From positions 224,001 to 288,000 of the forward strand of contig CBDCJO010000001.1 of NCBI GenBank assembly GCA_965217865.1: a stretch of 64,000 bases of DNA. The letters run 5' to 3'. The notes beneath the pieces were generated by a model. That model had not been told where the DNA came from. It ran no database searches and saw nothing but the letters and a program-made list of their open reading frames with translations. This DNA is from Candidatus Latescibacterota bacterium (GTDB lineage Bacteria; Latescibacterota; UBA2968; SICM01). A program made the position numbers and the translations under genes. This document shows, in pieces, positions 42,805 to 52,010 of this stretch. Numbering within the stretch: the first letter of the stretch is position 1; the number at the start of each line of letters is the position of its first letter.

Positions 42805-43877
42805 CCCCCCTTCGGCGCTTTGTAAAAAGGCGTCTCCACAATCTTCCCTTTTATCCCACTTCCTTCCGATAGAACTTCCACCTGGCTCCCCGGCTCGTTG
42901 CAGTCCCGCTTGACATAACCGAACGCGATGATCGCGTTGAGCGACGGTGAAAAAATACTGCTGGTCAATCGGCCGATCTCCACCTCATCCTTCGTCACGC
43001 GGTCGCCGGCCGAGGGTAAAACATCCCCCTCGAACACGAACCCGACCAGATGACGCCTGGGCTTCCCCAGGTTGGTCATCTTTGAGATCACTTCCTGGCC
43101 GACATAACAACCCTTGTCGAGACTAACCGCGTGAGGGATCGAAGATTCGATCGGAGTTGAACGCTCCTCGATGTCGACACCGCATACGGGGATGCCCGCC
43201 TCCATCCGCAACAAACCCAATGTCGAAAGACCGACCGGCTTCACGTCCTTTCCCGAGGATTGAATCCGGTTCCACATCTCTTCTGCCTTTTCGGGGTGGG
43301 TATACAGGACATACCCGATCTCCCCCGTGTCCTCCCATCGAACAACCAGATGATCCCGTTCCTGGGCGGAACCGTATGGCTCCAACCCGGAGAGGTCCGT
43401 CTCCAGGATCGACCCGATTACTTCACCCGAAGCTCGGCCGGAGATCGCGATAGCGGACAACTGTTCCGTCACATCCTCGATATCAACGTCCTCCGAAATC
43501 AGGTAACGGTCGAGCGTTTCCCGGACCTTCTTTTCCAACCCTGCGTCCACGTCGAGCAGAAAATATTCGGGCCGACAGTATACCTTGAGATCCGCTAGAG
43601 TCTGGCCTTGCGCCGTCATCAGGACAGCATAATGACCCTGCCCGTGTCTCAATCCCTTGACGTCGTTTGTGATCATACCGTGGAGAAATGGTGTTCGGTC
43701 CTCTCCGGTCAACTTGAGTTTTCCACGATGGCTCAAGTCGATCAAGCCCGCCGCTGACCTGACGCACCGATGTTCGGAAAGAACATCGCCATAGTCGGCA
43801 ACGGTCTCCCAATCCTTTACGTTCGAAAATCGCGCACCAAGTTTTCGATGGAGTTCATAGAGTGGAGACCGATTCAT
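42801..43877 (-). CDS. GcvT/YgfZ family folate-binding protein
   Basis: DLSHRG, LRMEAG and KGCYVGQE (YgfZ signature). Confidence 0.88.
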   Translation of the reverse strand: MNRSPLYELHRKLGARFSNVKDWETVADYGDVLSEHRCVRSAAGLIDLSHRGKLKLTGEDRTPFLHGMITNDVKGLRHGQGHYAVLMTAQGQTLADLKVYCRPEYFLLDVDAGLEKKVRETLDRYLISEDVDIEDVTEQLSAIAISGRASGEVIGSILETDLSGLEPYGSAQERDHLVVRWEDTGEIGYVLYTHPEKAEEMWNRIQSSGKDVKPVGLSTLGLLRMEAGIPVCGVDIEERSTPIESSIPHAVSLDKGCYVGQEVISKMTNLGKPRRHLVGFVFEGDVLPSAGDRVTKDEVEIGRLTSSIFSPSLNAIIAFGYVKRDCNEPGSQVEVLSEGSGIKGKIVETPFYKAPKGG

Positions 43878-44001
43878 CTTTTCTTCCTCCTTCTTAGTTC
43901 TTCTTCAAACATTCTAAAATTTAACCGATCTAATTTTAATCTTAAACCTAAATGTGATCGACCGACTTCAGAAAAAATTACATTCGAAATTAAATTTTTT
44001 C

Positions 44002-44030
44002 TTGCCTTATTCATTAAGCTGGACTATATT
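44002..44030 (+). promoter_or_regulatory. sigma70 promoter with AT-rich upstream region
   Basis: TTGCCT-17 bp-TATATT. Confidence 0.7.
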
Positions 44031-44210
44031 TGGTTATCATTAGAGCGTTAGATACAACTTGTTGGGTTCCTCTCCTTAACCTCCGTTCAGCCTTCTGGGT
44101 GTTTTCAGCGTAGAATTGATCTCTCCCCCACTCTGCGCGTTGCTTTTCCCGTTAAAGCATTCGAAGATTCCGTTGCGTGAAACCGCAACAGGTTAACGAC
44201 ACGCATTTTT

Positions 44211-44481
44211 AAAGAAGATGGGGCACAGGTAAAAATGGACGTTCACTCAAGAGGCGTAACACTCGCTGCTCACGAGTCACGCTGTAGTCGAAGGAGGTGA
44301 CGCGCATGCCGGCGAAGAAGAAAGCGGCAAAGAAGAAGAAGAAAGCTGCCAAGAAGAAGGCTCCAGCGAAGAAGAAAGCTGCCAAGAAGAAGGCTCCAGC
44401 GAAGAAGAAAGCAGCAAAAAAGAGAAGGAGATAGGGAGTGTGAACGAACCCCTTTTAAACCTGTAGCCCCATCTCATCTTT
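44211..44481. repeat. ~40-bp imperfect inverted repeat flanking the small ORF
   Basis: Arms at 44211-44248 and 44436-44481 (AGATGGGGC-ACAGGT / ACCTGT-A-GCCCCATCT; CGTTCAC / GTGAACG). Confidence 0.85.
44306..44434 (+). CDS. Histone H1-like Lys/Ala-rich small protein (42 aa; not in ORF track)
   Basis: MPAKKKAAKKKKKAAKKKAPAKKKAAKKKAPAKKKAAKKRRR; perfect SD AAGGAGGTG; 33-bp tandem repeat. Confidence 0.88.
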   Translation: MPAKKKAAKKKKKAAKKKAPAKKKAAKKKAPAKKKAAKKRRR

Positions 44482-44518
44482 CAAGCCGACGGTCCAGCGC
44501 CGTCGGCTTGGTTTTTTT
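44482..44518 (+). terminator. Intrinsic terminator
   Basis: CAAGCCGACGG-7 nt-CCGTCGGCTTG then G-T7. Confidence 0.9.
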
Positions 44519-45121
44519 CATTCAAAGGACAACCCCAAAGCGGCCAGATCCATCTGAAGCTCCTCGGCGGTTCGAAAAACAATCCCATGCATGCCCTGTC
44601 GGGAGGCCGCCTGGACATAGTCCGGAATATCGTCGATATAGACACAGACATCCCCGGAATGTCCCGCCGCTTCAATCGCTGCCTGATAAATCCGCGGGTC
44701 GGGTTTCGAGCAGCCGATCCGGTAGGACAGTATAAACCGATCGGGTAAACCCAGGACATCGAAACGTTCGACCAGATGTTGAAAATGCATCTCATTTGTG
44801 TTGGACAAAAGGACGATCGGGTATCGGCCTTTGAAAACACCGAGCAGGTTCTCGACACCGGGATTTGGAAAAAATGTCGCTCCAGATCTCTCGGAACCGT
44901 TCGAACGGGATGGACACACCCAGATGTCGAGTTGTCCAGGTGTGGAACTCCTGAGACGAAATCCGCCCCTCATCATATCCATGATCCGTGCCGTACAGGA
45001 GATGCCGTACTTCCGGCTCCGGCCTCCCGGACATGGACGCAAGGGCTCTAGAGGTGATCCCGTGATCAAATCGGACGAGCACGCCCCCAAGATCTGTGAT
45101 CAAGGCGCGAATCCGTGGCAT
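44518..45121 (-). pseudogene. HAD-like hydrolase (YihX-like), frameshifted
   Basis: Motif I (DLGGV) in one frame; LSNT, KPDPRIY and IDD in another; break at T6 run 44869-44874. Confidence 0.8.
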
Positions 45122-45401
45122 TTCCAAATTCATAAACACGGTTCGTGGAAGGATCGAATCGGCTTCGGATTTGAGTCAATCCGAAAAACCCCCGCCGCAT
45201 CCCCTCAACGAATTTATACCCACCATTCGAAAGATGCAACCTGAATTATCCCTCGATCTAGGTTTGCCAGAAGGATGGAACGCACCGTGGCAGGAGCCAA
45301 AAAAGAGTGGACATCCATGTGCTCTTATGCTATATTTTTCATAGAAATAAACCGTTAGTCCATCTTGTAAATACCCCTGGAAAACCCAAAGGGATATCGA
45401 T

Positions 45402-45626
45402 ATGCCTGAGTTTTCGAGCATCGGAAAGATTTTGATGACCTCGGGGACCGTCCTGTTTCTGATCGGCGGTTTGCTCTTCCTGAATGTTAAGATTTCCTAC
45501 CTGGGCCATCTACCCGGAGACATCGCCATCCAGCGCAAAGGTTACAGTTTTTATTTTCCCGTCGCAACCTGTATTCTCCTCAGCATCGCCCTCTCCATTC
45601 TCCTGAGCTTCTTCTCCCGCCGGTGA
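45402..45626 (+). CDS. DUF2905 family membrane protein
   Basis: LGHLPGDI...FYFPVATCILLS; typical neighbour of queA. Confidence 0.85.
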   Translation: MPEFSSIGKILMTSGTVLFLIGGLLFLNVKISYLGHLPGDIAIQRKGYSFYFPVATCILLSIALSILLSFFSRR

Positions 45627-46660
45627 TCACCTCCAGTGAGTTGTCGGACTTCGACTATGATCTTCCGGAGAGACTGGTCGCCTCCCATCCAGTCCCGGTT
45701 CGAGACGAATCCAGGATGATGATCCTTCACCGCTCGAAGGAAAGAATCGAGCACGGGATCTTCCGGGATGTGAAAAACTACCTTTGTCCCGGCGATGTGA
45801 TGGTCGTCAACCAGACGAAGGTGATTCGGGCACGGTTGTTGGGAGAGGGACCCGGAGGCGGGCGGGTAGAACTGTTGCTGCTCGGCCGGTGCGGGAAAAA
45901 TCTCTGGAAAGCCATGGGCCGACCGGGACGACGATTGCGGGTCGGCGCATGGGTCAAATTCAACAACGGCCTCCTGACGGGTGAAGTGATCGGCCTCCTG
46001 CCGAAGGGCCTTTTTACGATCCACTTTCAGGGAGATGACGTAGCGGGGTCGATCGAACAAATAGGAAGGGTCCCGTTGCCTCCTTACCTGCACAGGGCAG
46101 ATATCGAAGCAGATAGAGAGCGATATCAGACAGTCTACGCAAAGACAGCGGGTGCCGTGGCGGCCCCCACGGCCGGGCTCCACTTTACCGAGGACCTGCT
46201 CGACGGGATTCGCAATTCGGGTGTGGACATCGTCCCGGTATTGCTGCAGGTGGGGCCGGCGACTTTCCGCCCTCTATCCCAGGAAGAACTGGCGGAGAAT
46301 AAGCTGGAGGGTGAATTCTACCGGGTCGGTTCCAGGGCCGCACGGCGCATCACCGCAGCGAGGAAAAAAGGAGGCCGGATCATCGCGGTGGGTACGACCA
46401 CGGTCCGTGCCCTTGAAACAGCTTCGGATGAAGGGGGGGGGATGCGCATGAGATCGGGAACCACTGAAATTTTCATTCGTCCACCCTATACCTTCAAGGT
46501 CGTGGACGCCCTCATCACCAATTTTCACCTCCCCCGGTCTTCACTTCTCATGCTGGTTTCCGCATTCGCGGGCAAGGCGTTTATTTTTAGGGCGTACCGT
46601 GAAGCCGTGGAACGTGGATATCGATTCTACAGCTATGGTGATGCGATGTTAATCCTTTGA
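45623..46660 (+). CDS. queA: SAM:tRNA ribosyltransferase-isomerase QueA
   Basis: PLPPY, YQTVYA, AAPTAGLHF, TNFHLP, YSYGDAM. Confidence 0.98.
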   Translation: MITSSELSDFDYDLPERLVASHPVPVRDESRMMILHRSKERIEHGIFRDVKNYLCPGDVMVVNQTKVIRARLLGEGPGGGRVELLLLGRCGKNLWKAMGRPGRRLRVGAWVKFNNGLLTGEVIGLLPKGLFTIHFQGDDVAGSIEQIGRVPLPPYLHRADIEADRERYQTVYAKTAGAVAAPTAGLHFTEDLLDGIRNSGVDIVPVLLQVGPATFRPLSQEELAENKLEGEFYRVGSRAARRITAARKKGGRIIAVGTTTVRALETASDEGGGMRMRSGTTEIFIRPPYTFKVVDALITNFHLPRSSLLMLVSAFAGKAFIFRAYREAVERGYRFYSYGDAMLIL

Positions 46661-47859
46661 ACGGGGACACCCGCTGCCCCCCTCCCCTTATGTCTGCAAT
46701 TGCCATCATCCTTGCGGCGGGAACGGGCCGCCGAATGGGTGGAGAGACGCCCAAGCTTTTTCTGCCGCTCGGTGGGAGGCCGATCCTGTCATATACCCTG
46801 GAGGCATTCGAGAAAGCGGAACAAGTCCGGGCCGTCGTAGTGGTAACCCACGAATCGATGTCGGATGCGTGTCAAAAGGGAATTGTCGAACGTTTCGGAT
46901 TACGGAAGGTGACCGACCTTATCGTCGGTGGGGCCGAACGTCAGGATTCGGTACGGGCCGGTTTGCACGCCGTCAGAGGCCGGGCGGATATCGTCGTGGT
47001 CCACGACGGAGACCGTCCGTTTGTCACTCCCGACCTGATCGATAACTCGGTCGAAATGTGCAAAGAATCCGAAGGCGCTGTGACCGCGGTCCCGTTGACC
47101 GACACGGTGAAGGTGGCGAAGGCGGGTCGGGTGATCGAGACGCTCGACCGCACGCGGCTCTGGGCCGCACAGACGCCCCAGACCTTTCCCTTTGACCTGC
47201 TCTGGGAGGCCCACGAAAAGGCCCGGTCGGAACGCATTAAAGGCACCGACGAGGCCTCTCTGGTCGAAAGGCTCGGGCACAGCCCGACCCTCATCGAAGG
47301 TCTTCAGGAGAATATCAAGATCACGACACCCGGGGATCTGCTCCTGGCGGAGACCATCTTGAAAAACCGGGAGGGAAAAGGAAGACGTCTCCGGGTGGGC
47401 CATGGCTACGATATTCACCGCCTCGTCGAGGGGAGGCGGATGGTGCTCGGTGGGGTGGAGATCCCTTTCGAAAAGGGTCTCCTGGGCCATTCCGACGCCG
47501 ATGTGCTCTGCCACGCAGTGGCCGACGCCCTTCTGGGCGCGTTGGGACTCGGGGATATCGGAGTCCATTTTCCGGACTCGGACCCGCGCTACAAGGACCT
47601 CTCCAGCCTTGTCCTGCTGAAGCGGGTGGCGGACAAGCTGGCCAAGGCCTCGGCCAAAATCGAAAATATCGACGCAACCCTTGTCGCAGAACACCCGAAG
47701 ATCGCCCCTTACGCCGACCGGATGCGTCAAAACATCGGCAGGACCCTGGACCTTTCGATGGATCGGGTCTCGATTAAAGCCACGACGAACGAGGGAATGG
47801 GGGCTCTCGGAAGGGAAGAAGGAATGGCAGCCTGGGCGATTGCCCTTGTCGAATCGTAG
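46657..47859 (+). CDS. ispDF: Bifunctional IspD/IspF
   Basis: LAAG.G.RMG, AQTPQ, KITT; then GYDIH, GHSDADV, GDIG, KATT. Confidence 0.96.
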   Translation: MNGDTRCPPPLMSAIAIILAAGTGRRMGGETPKLFLPLGGRPILSYTLEAFEKAEQVRAVVVVTHESMSDACQKGIVERFGLRKVTDLIVGGAERQDSVRAGLHAVRGRADIVVVHDGDRPFVTPDLIDNSVEMCKESEGAVTAVPLTDTVKVAKAGRVIETLDRTRLWAAQTPQTFPFDLLWEAHEKARSERIKGTDEASLVERLGHSPTLIEGLQENIKITTPGDLLLAETILKNREGKGRRLRVGHGYDIHRLVEGRRMVLGGVEIPFEKGLLGHSDADVLCHAVADALLGALGLGDIGVHFPDSDPRYKDLSSLVLLKRVADKLAKASAKIENIDATLVAEHPKIAPYADRMRQNIGRTLDLSMDRVSIKATTNEGMGALGREEGMAAWAIALVES

Positions 47860-47866
47860 GGTGGCG

Positions 47867-48532
47867 ATGGAATACTTCGATCAGTTTGTTGCATTCATAA
47901 GCGGGCAATCCCCGCTCCTGATATACACGACCCTCTTTCTGGGTGCCTTCTTCGAAAATCTGATTCCGCCGATCCCCGGGGATTCCATCATCGTTTTTGG
48001 GGCTTACCTGTCCGGGCGAGGGGTGCTCGGTAAGACCGAGGCCTTTATCTGGATGTGGATCGGCAGCTATACCGGATGCATGCTCCTCTATGTCATTGGC
48101 TACACGAAAGGCAGGGAGTTTTTTGTCACCAGGAGTCCGCGCATCTTCAGCCCGGAACGATTTGCCCAGGCCGAGCGGTGGTTCGAACGATATGGCGGAA
48201 AATTGATCGTCTTTAACCGATTCCTCCCGGGTGTTCGCTGTGTCATCGGAATTTCCGCAGGCTTAAGCCGTGTGAAACCTTGGCGCATGGGGCTCTACGT
48301 TGCTCTGGGCACCCTCCTCTGGAACGGCATCCTTGTCTACACAGGGATCATGGTGGGCTCTAATTGGAAATTGATCCTCCAGATCCTGAAAACCTACAAT
48401 CATATCATGATGGTGCTCATCCTGCTTGCGGGATGTGCCTTCGCCGCCATCTGGTTTCGTCGCAGAAAAAAACGCTCCGCAACCGGAAACGAGCGTTCGG
48501 ATCCGCGCCTCGACGACCGTAAAGTCGGCTGA
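47867..48532 (+). CDS. DedA family membrane protein
   Basis: ENLIPPIPGD, RFLPGVR. Confidence 0.9.
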   Translation: MEYFDQFVAFISGQSPLLIYTTLFLGAFFENLIPPIPGDSIIVFGAYLSGRGVLGKTEAFIWMWIGSYTGCMLLYVIGYTKGREFFVTRSPRIFSPERFAQAERWFERYGGKLIVFNRFLPGVRCVIGISAGLSRVKPWRMGLYVALGTLLWNGILVYTGIMVGSNWKLILQILKTYNHIMMVLILLAGCAFAAIWFRRRKKRSATGNERSDPRLDDRKVG

Positions 48533-48588
48533 AACGACGTGAACACGACTCGATCTTAGTTCGAAAGAGGAAACCCCGACAGGTTTTC

Positions 48589-50046
48589 ATGCCGCTCGAA
48601 ATAGAAAATTCCCTGACCCGAAGGAAAGAACCGTTCGTACCCTTGAGAAAGGGGCACGTCGGCATCTACCTCTGCGGACCGACGGTGTACGGGCATTCCC
48701 ACATTGGACACGCGAAGAGCTACATCTGCTTCGACGTGATCGTGCGGTATCTCCGCTATCTGGGCTACCGGGTGCGGTACATACAGAACATTACAGACGT
48801 GGGTCACCTGACGGACGACACGGTCGGAATGGCGGACCAGGGTGAGGATAAGATCTTAAAACAGGCCGGGCTCGAACAGGTTGAGCCCATGGAACTGGTC
48901 GAGCGTTACACCCGGAGCTACTTCGAAGACATGGATCGGCTGAACGTCATCAGGCCGGACATATCCCCACGGGCTTCGGGTCACATCCCCGAACAGATCG
49001 ACCTCATCGAACATCTGATCGACGGGGGATTCGCTTACGTCAACGACGGTTACGTCTATTTTTCGGTCCGTTCGTTCGAAAACTACGGCAGCCTCTCCGG
49101 ACGCAGACACGAGGATCAGGAGACCGGTACCCGCGTCGATGCGGATCCGAGGAAAAAAGACGCCGTCGATTTTACCCTTTGGAAGAAGGCGGGGCCGGAG
49201 CATATCCTTCGGTGGAATAGTCCGTGGGGGTCGGGCTACCCGGGATGGCACACCGAGTGCTCCGCGATGTCCATGCGCTATCTCGGTGAGACCTTCGACA
49301 TCCACGGGGGAGGAATCGAACACCTTTTCCCCCACCACGAGTGCGAGATCGCGCAGAGCGAAGCGGTGACCGGGAACCCTTTCGTGCGGTTCTGGGTCCA
49401 TAACAACATGCTGACGGTGAACGGAACGAAGATGGGGAAGTCCCTCGGGAATTTTACGACCATCAAGGATGCGCTCCGAAAGGTGGAGCCCCAGACCCTC
49501 CGTCTTTTCATCCTGAACAGTCACTATCGGAGTGTCACGGATTTCAGTATGGAGGCCATCGGTGCCATGGCACGGGGAATGGAGCGTTTGAGAAGGACGG
49601 TAAAAACCATCGAGGAACGATCTCGTACGGCACCGGCGAAAGAACCCGATAAGGACCTTGAGGAGCGGTTCGAAAAAACCCGTCGGACTTTCGCGGCGTC
49701 GATGGACAACGACTTCAACACCGGCCTGGCCCTGGCTGAACTCTTCGAGCTGACGCGGGACATGAATGCGACGTTGGACGCCGGGGTCACGGGCGGGAGG
49801 GACCTCAAATCGGCCAGAAAGATCTATGCCGACCTCGCCGAGGGGGTGCTCGGGCTTGACTTCGGGAATCAGGAGCGGGAAACGAGTTCGAACGAGGAAG
49901 CACTCGTCGACTATATTCTGGAACTTCGGGAGACCTCACGAGTCAAAAAGGATTGGGAAACAGCAGATTTACTAAGGTGTCGAATGGATGAATTGGGTTA
50001 TCTGATCGAAGATGGGCAGGAGGGAACAAAGTGGCGCAGAAAGTAA
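48589..50046 (+). CDS. cysS: Cysteine-tRNA ligase
   Basis: CGPTVY, HIGH, PGWHTECS, FPHHE, KMGKS. Confidence 0.98.
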   Translation: MPLEIENSLTRRKEPFVPLRKGHVGIYLCGPTVYGHSHIGHAKSYICFDVIVRYLRYLGYRVRYIQNITDVGHLTDDTVGMADQGEDKILKQAGLEQVEPMELVERYTRSYFEDMDRLNVIRPDISPRASGHIPEQIDLIEHLIDGGFAYVNDGYVYFSVRSFENYGSLSGRRHEDQETGTRVDADPRKKDAVDFTLWKKAGPEHILRWNSPWGSGYPGWHTECSAMSMRYLGETFDIHGGGIEHLFPHHECEIAQSEAVTGNPFVRFWVHNNMLTVNGTKMGKSLGNFTTIKDALRKVEPQTLRLFILNSHYRSVTDFSMEAIGAMARGMERLRRTVKTIEERSRTAPAKEPDKDLEERFEKTRRTFAASMDNDFNTGLALAELFELTRDMNATLDAGVTGGRDLKSARKIYADLAEGVLGLDFGNQERETSSNEEALVDYILELRETSRVKKDWETADLLRCRMDELGYLIEDGQEGTKWRRK

Positions 50047-50097
50047 GGCCCCGCGTGCCGGTTTCTCTTCGAGGGACGACGATCCGGCAGCAGGGAC

Positions 50098-50126
50098 TTG
50101 ACATCGATCCGTCTCAGCCGTAATTT
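50098..50126 (+). promoter_or_regulatory. sigma70 promoter of tRNA-Thr
   Basis: TTGACA-17 bp-TAATTT. Confidence 0.7.
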
Positions 50127-50140
50127 ACCTCGAATGGGAC

Positions 50141-50213
50141 GCCGACGTAGCTCAGATGGCAGAGCAGCTGATTTGTAATCAGCGGGTCGTGGGTTCGATT
50201 CCCTCCGTCGGCT
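50141..50213 (+). tRNA. tRNA-Thr(TGT)
   Basis: Cloverleaf, anticodon TGT, no encoded CCA. Confidence 0.93.
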
Positions 50214-50301
50214 GACCCAACGGGGCACCGGGTTCCTCCCGGTGCCCGTTTCTTGGACCTCGAAGGAGACAACCCGTCCATTCCTATTAAGGAGGAGCCA
50301 G

Positions 50302-50997
50302 ATGGGATTGAAACCCCTGGAACGCCAGACGCTCAGGGAAAAGGTCGTTGAAACGATCAAGAATTTCATCCTGGAAAACAGACTCAAACCCGGGGATCGG
50401 TTACCGACCGAACAAGAACTTGCAGTCCAACTGTCCGTGGGTCGATCCTCGGTCAGAGAAGCCCTCAAGTCCCTCGAGATGATCGGAGTCCTCGAGTCCC
50501 GACCAAAAATCGGTTGTTTGGTTAAGTCTGTCAACATGAGCCGTCTTACGGAACATATCTCTTTCAGCGTCCAGGTGGGTCAGGCGACGATGACCGAACT
50601 TCTGGAAGCGCGGGAGTTCCTGGAGGCCAACATCATTCCGCTCGTGGTCCAGAAAAACGATCCGATCGTGTTCAAGGAGATGGCAGAGGGATTGGAAATG
50701 ATGGAAGAGGTGTTGGCGGGACGGGGCGACCGGCGGGAGTCCGACGAGAAATTTCACACGGCCCTGTTCAAAGGGGCCCACAATTCGGTTTTGCAGAGCT
50801 TCAACGAAGTCATCAACGGGTTCTTCGTTCGAATCCGAAATGAGTATGCCAAGAAGGTGCCGGGGACCAAAGAATGGTTCGAGGATCACAAGTCCATATA
50901 CGAAGCCCTCAAAAAAAAGGATGCGGTGCTTGCCCAGGCCCTTATGCGCGCCCATCTGAACCGGTACGCGGACTACGGCCTCATCAAGAGGAACTGA
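50302..50997 (+). CDS. FadR/GntR family transcriptional regulator
   Basis: LKPGDRLPTE..L...VGRSSVREAL and FCD domain; SD AAGGAGG. Confidence 0.92.
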   Translation: MGLKPLERQTLREKVVETIKNFILENRLKPGDRLPTEQELAVQLSVGRSSVREALKSLEMIGVLESRPKIGCLVKSVNMSRLTEHISFSVQVGQATMTELLEAREFLEANIIPLVVQKNDPIVFKEMAEGLEMMEEVLAGRGDRRESDEKFHTALFKGAHNSVLQSFNEVINGFFVRIRNEYAKKVPGTKEWFEDHKSIYEALKKKDAVLAQALMRAHLNRYADYGLIKRN

Positions 50998-51047
50998 ACC
51001 TGATTTCGCTCCCCCTGGCTAACCCGTGACTTCGAAATCTTTGACCT

Positions 51048-52010
51048 CTACGGAGAACCCATCCCGTTCCCGTGCGATCGATCCGGTGGATCGACCTTCA
51101 GGCTTCCCACGAGTTCGGTGACCCTCCTGATGCCTGCGTCCCGGCAGTGAGTCTCGATCCCCTCCGCCACTTCGATTGCGGTCGTGGGATTGACGAACGT
51201 GGCGGTCCCCACCTGAATGGCGGTGGCCCCGACGATCAGAAACGCCATGGCGTCCTCGGAACTTGAAATCCCCCCCATACCCACGATCGGCACCCGGACC
51301 CGCTGGGCGACCTTCCAAGTCATGGCCAGTGCCATCGGTTTTATGGCCGGTCCCGAAAGCCCGCCCGTGATATTCGCGAGGACAGGCCGACATCGCTTCA
51401 CGTCCACGGCCATGCCCACGAAGGTGTTGACCAGGGCAACGGCGTCCGCCCCGCCGTCTTCGACGGCCCCCGCAATCTCCGCAATGTCCGTCACGTTGGG
51501 GGTCAGCTTGACGATGACGGGGGTATCGACCGCCCGCTTCACGGCTTCCGTGACTTGACAAGCCGCTCGGGGTTTACACCCGAAAAGCATCCCCCCGTCT
51601 TTCATGTTCGGCGATGATATGTTCAACTCAAGGGCGTGAACCCCGGGAAGGCCGTCAAGCCTTCGAGCCATCTCCGCGAATTCCTCGACCGTGGTGCCTG
51701 CGATGCTGACGATCGAAGCCGCGGGCAGTTCCTGAAGGGGGGGTAACTTTTCAGCGATAAAACCCTCGATTCCCGGATTTTGAAGCCCGATGGCATTCAG
51801 CATCCCGGCCGGTGTTTCGACGGTACGGGGGTAAGCGCAGCCCGCCCTCGGCTCCATCGTGATCGTCTTGGTTACCACTCCCCCGATTTTCGTAAAGTCC
51901 ATCCAGTCCGCGTATTCCGCCCCGTGACCGAATGTCCCCGAGGCCAGAAGGACGGGATTGCGGAGGGATAGACTTGCGATTTGGACGGACAGGTCGACCA
52001 TCAGGACCAC
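51048..52010 (-). CDS. pyrD: Dihydroorotate dehydrogenase class 1B, catalytic subunit
   Basis: NAIGLQNPG, ELNISSPN, VKLTPN, GGLSG. Confidence 0.95.
   Translation of the reverse strand: MVLMVDLSVQIASLSLRNPVLLASGTFGHGAEYADWMDFTKIGGVVTKTITMEPRAGCAYPRTVETPAGMLNAIGLQNPGIEGFIAEKLPPLQELPAASIVSIAGTTVEEFAEMARRLDGLPGVHALELNISSPNMKDGGMLFGCKPRAACQVTEAVKRAVDTPVIVKLTPNVTDIAEIAGAVEDGGADAVALVNTFVGMAVDVKRCRPVLANITGGLSGPAIKPMALAMTWKVAQRVRVPIVGMGGISSSEDAMAFLIVGATAIQVGTATFVNPTTAIEVAEGIETHCRDAGIRRVTELVGSLKVDPPDRSHGNGMGSP

Noticed and set aside
43880-44000. AT-rich stretch as a possible oriC or CRP site
   Set aside because: No DnaA-box cluster and only a TGTGA half-site; adequately explained as a divergent promoter region
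44335-44410. 33-bp tandem repeat as a possible CRISPR or VNTR
   Set aside because: No spacers; it is the coding repeat (KKKAAKKKAPA) of the H1-like ORF
44277-44477. Minus-strand 66-aa Ser-rich ORF from the track
   Set aside because: Mirror of the plus-strand H1-like gene, which has the SD, promoter and terminator
46657-47859. IspD-IspF fusion
   Set aside because: Well-known bifunctional arrangement in many bacteria
50141-51000. tRNA-Thr as the integration site of an island
   Set aside because: No integrase, no duplicated tRNA 3' end seen; flanking genes are housekeeping
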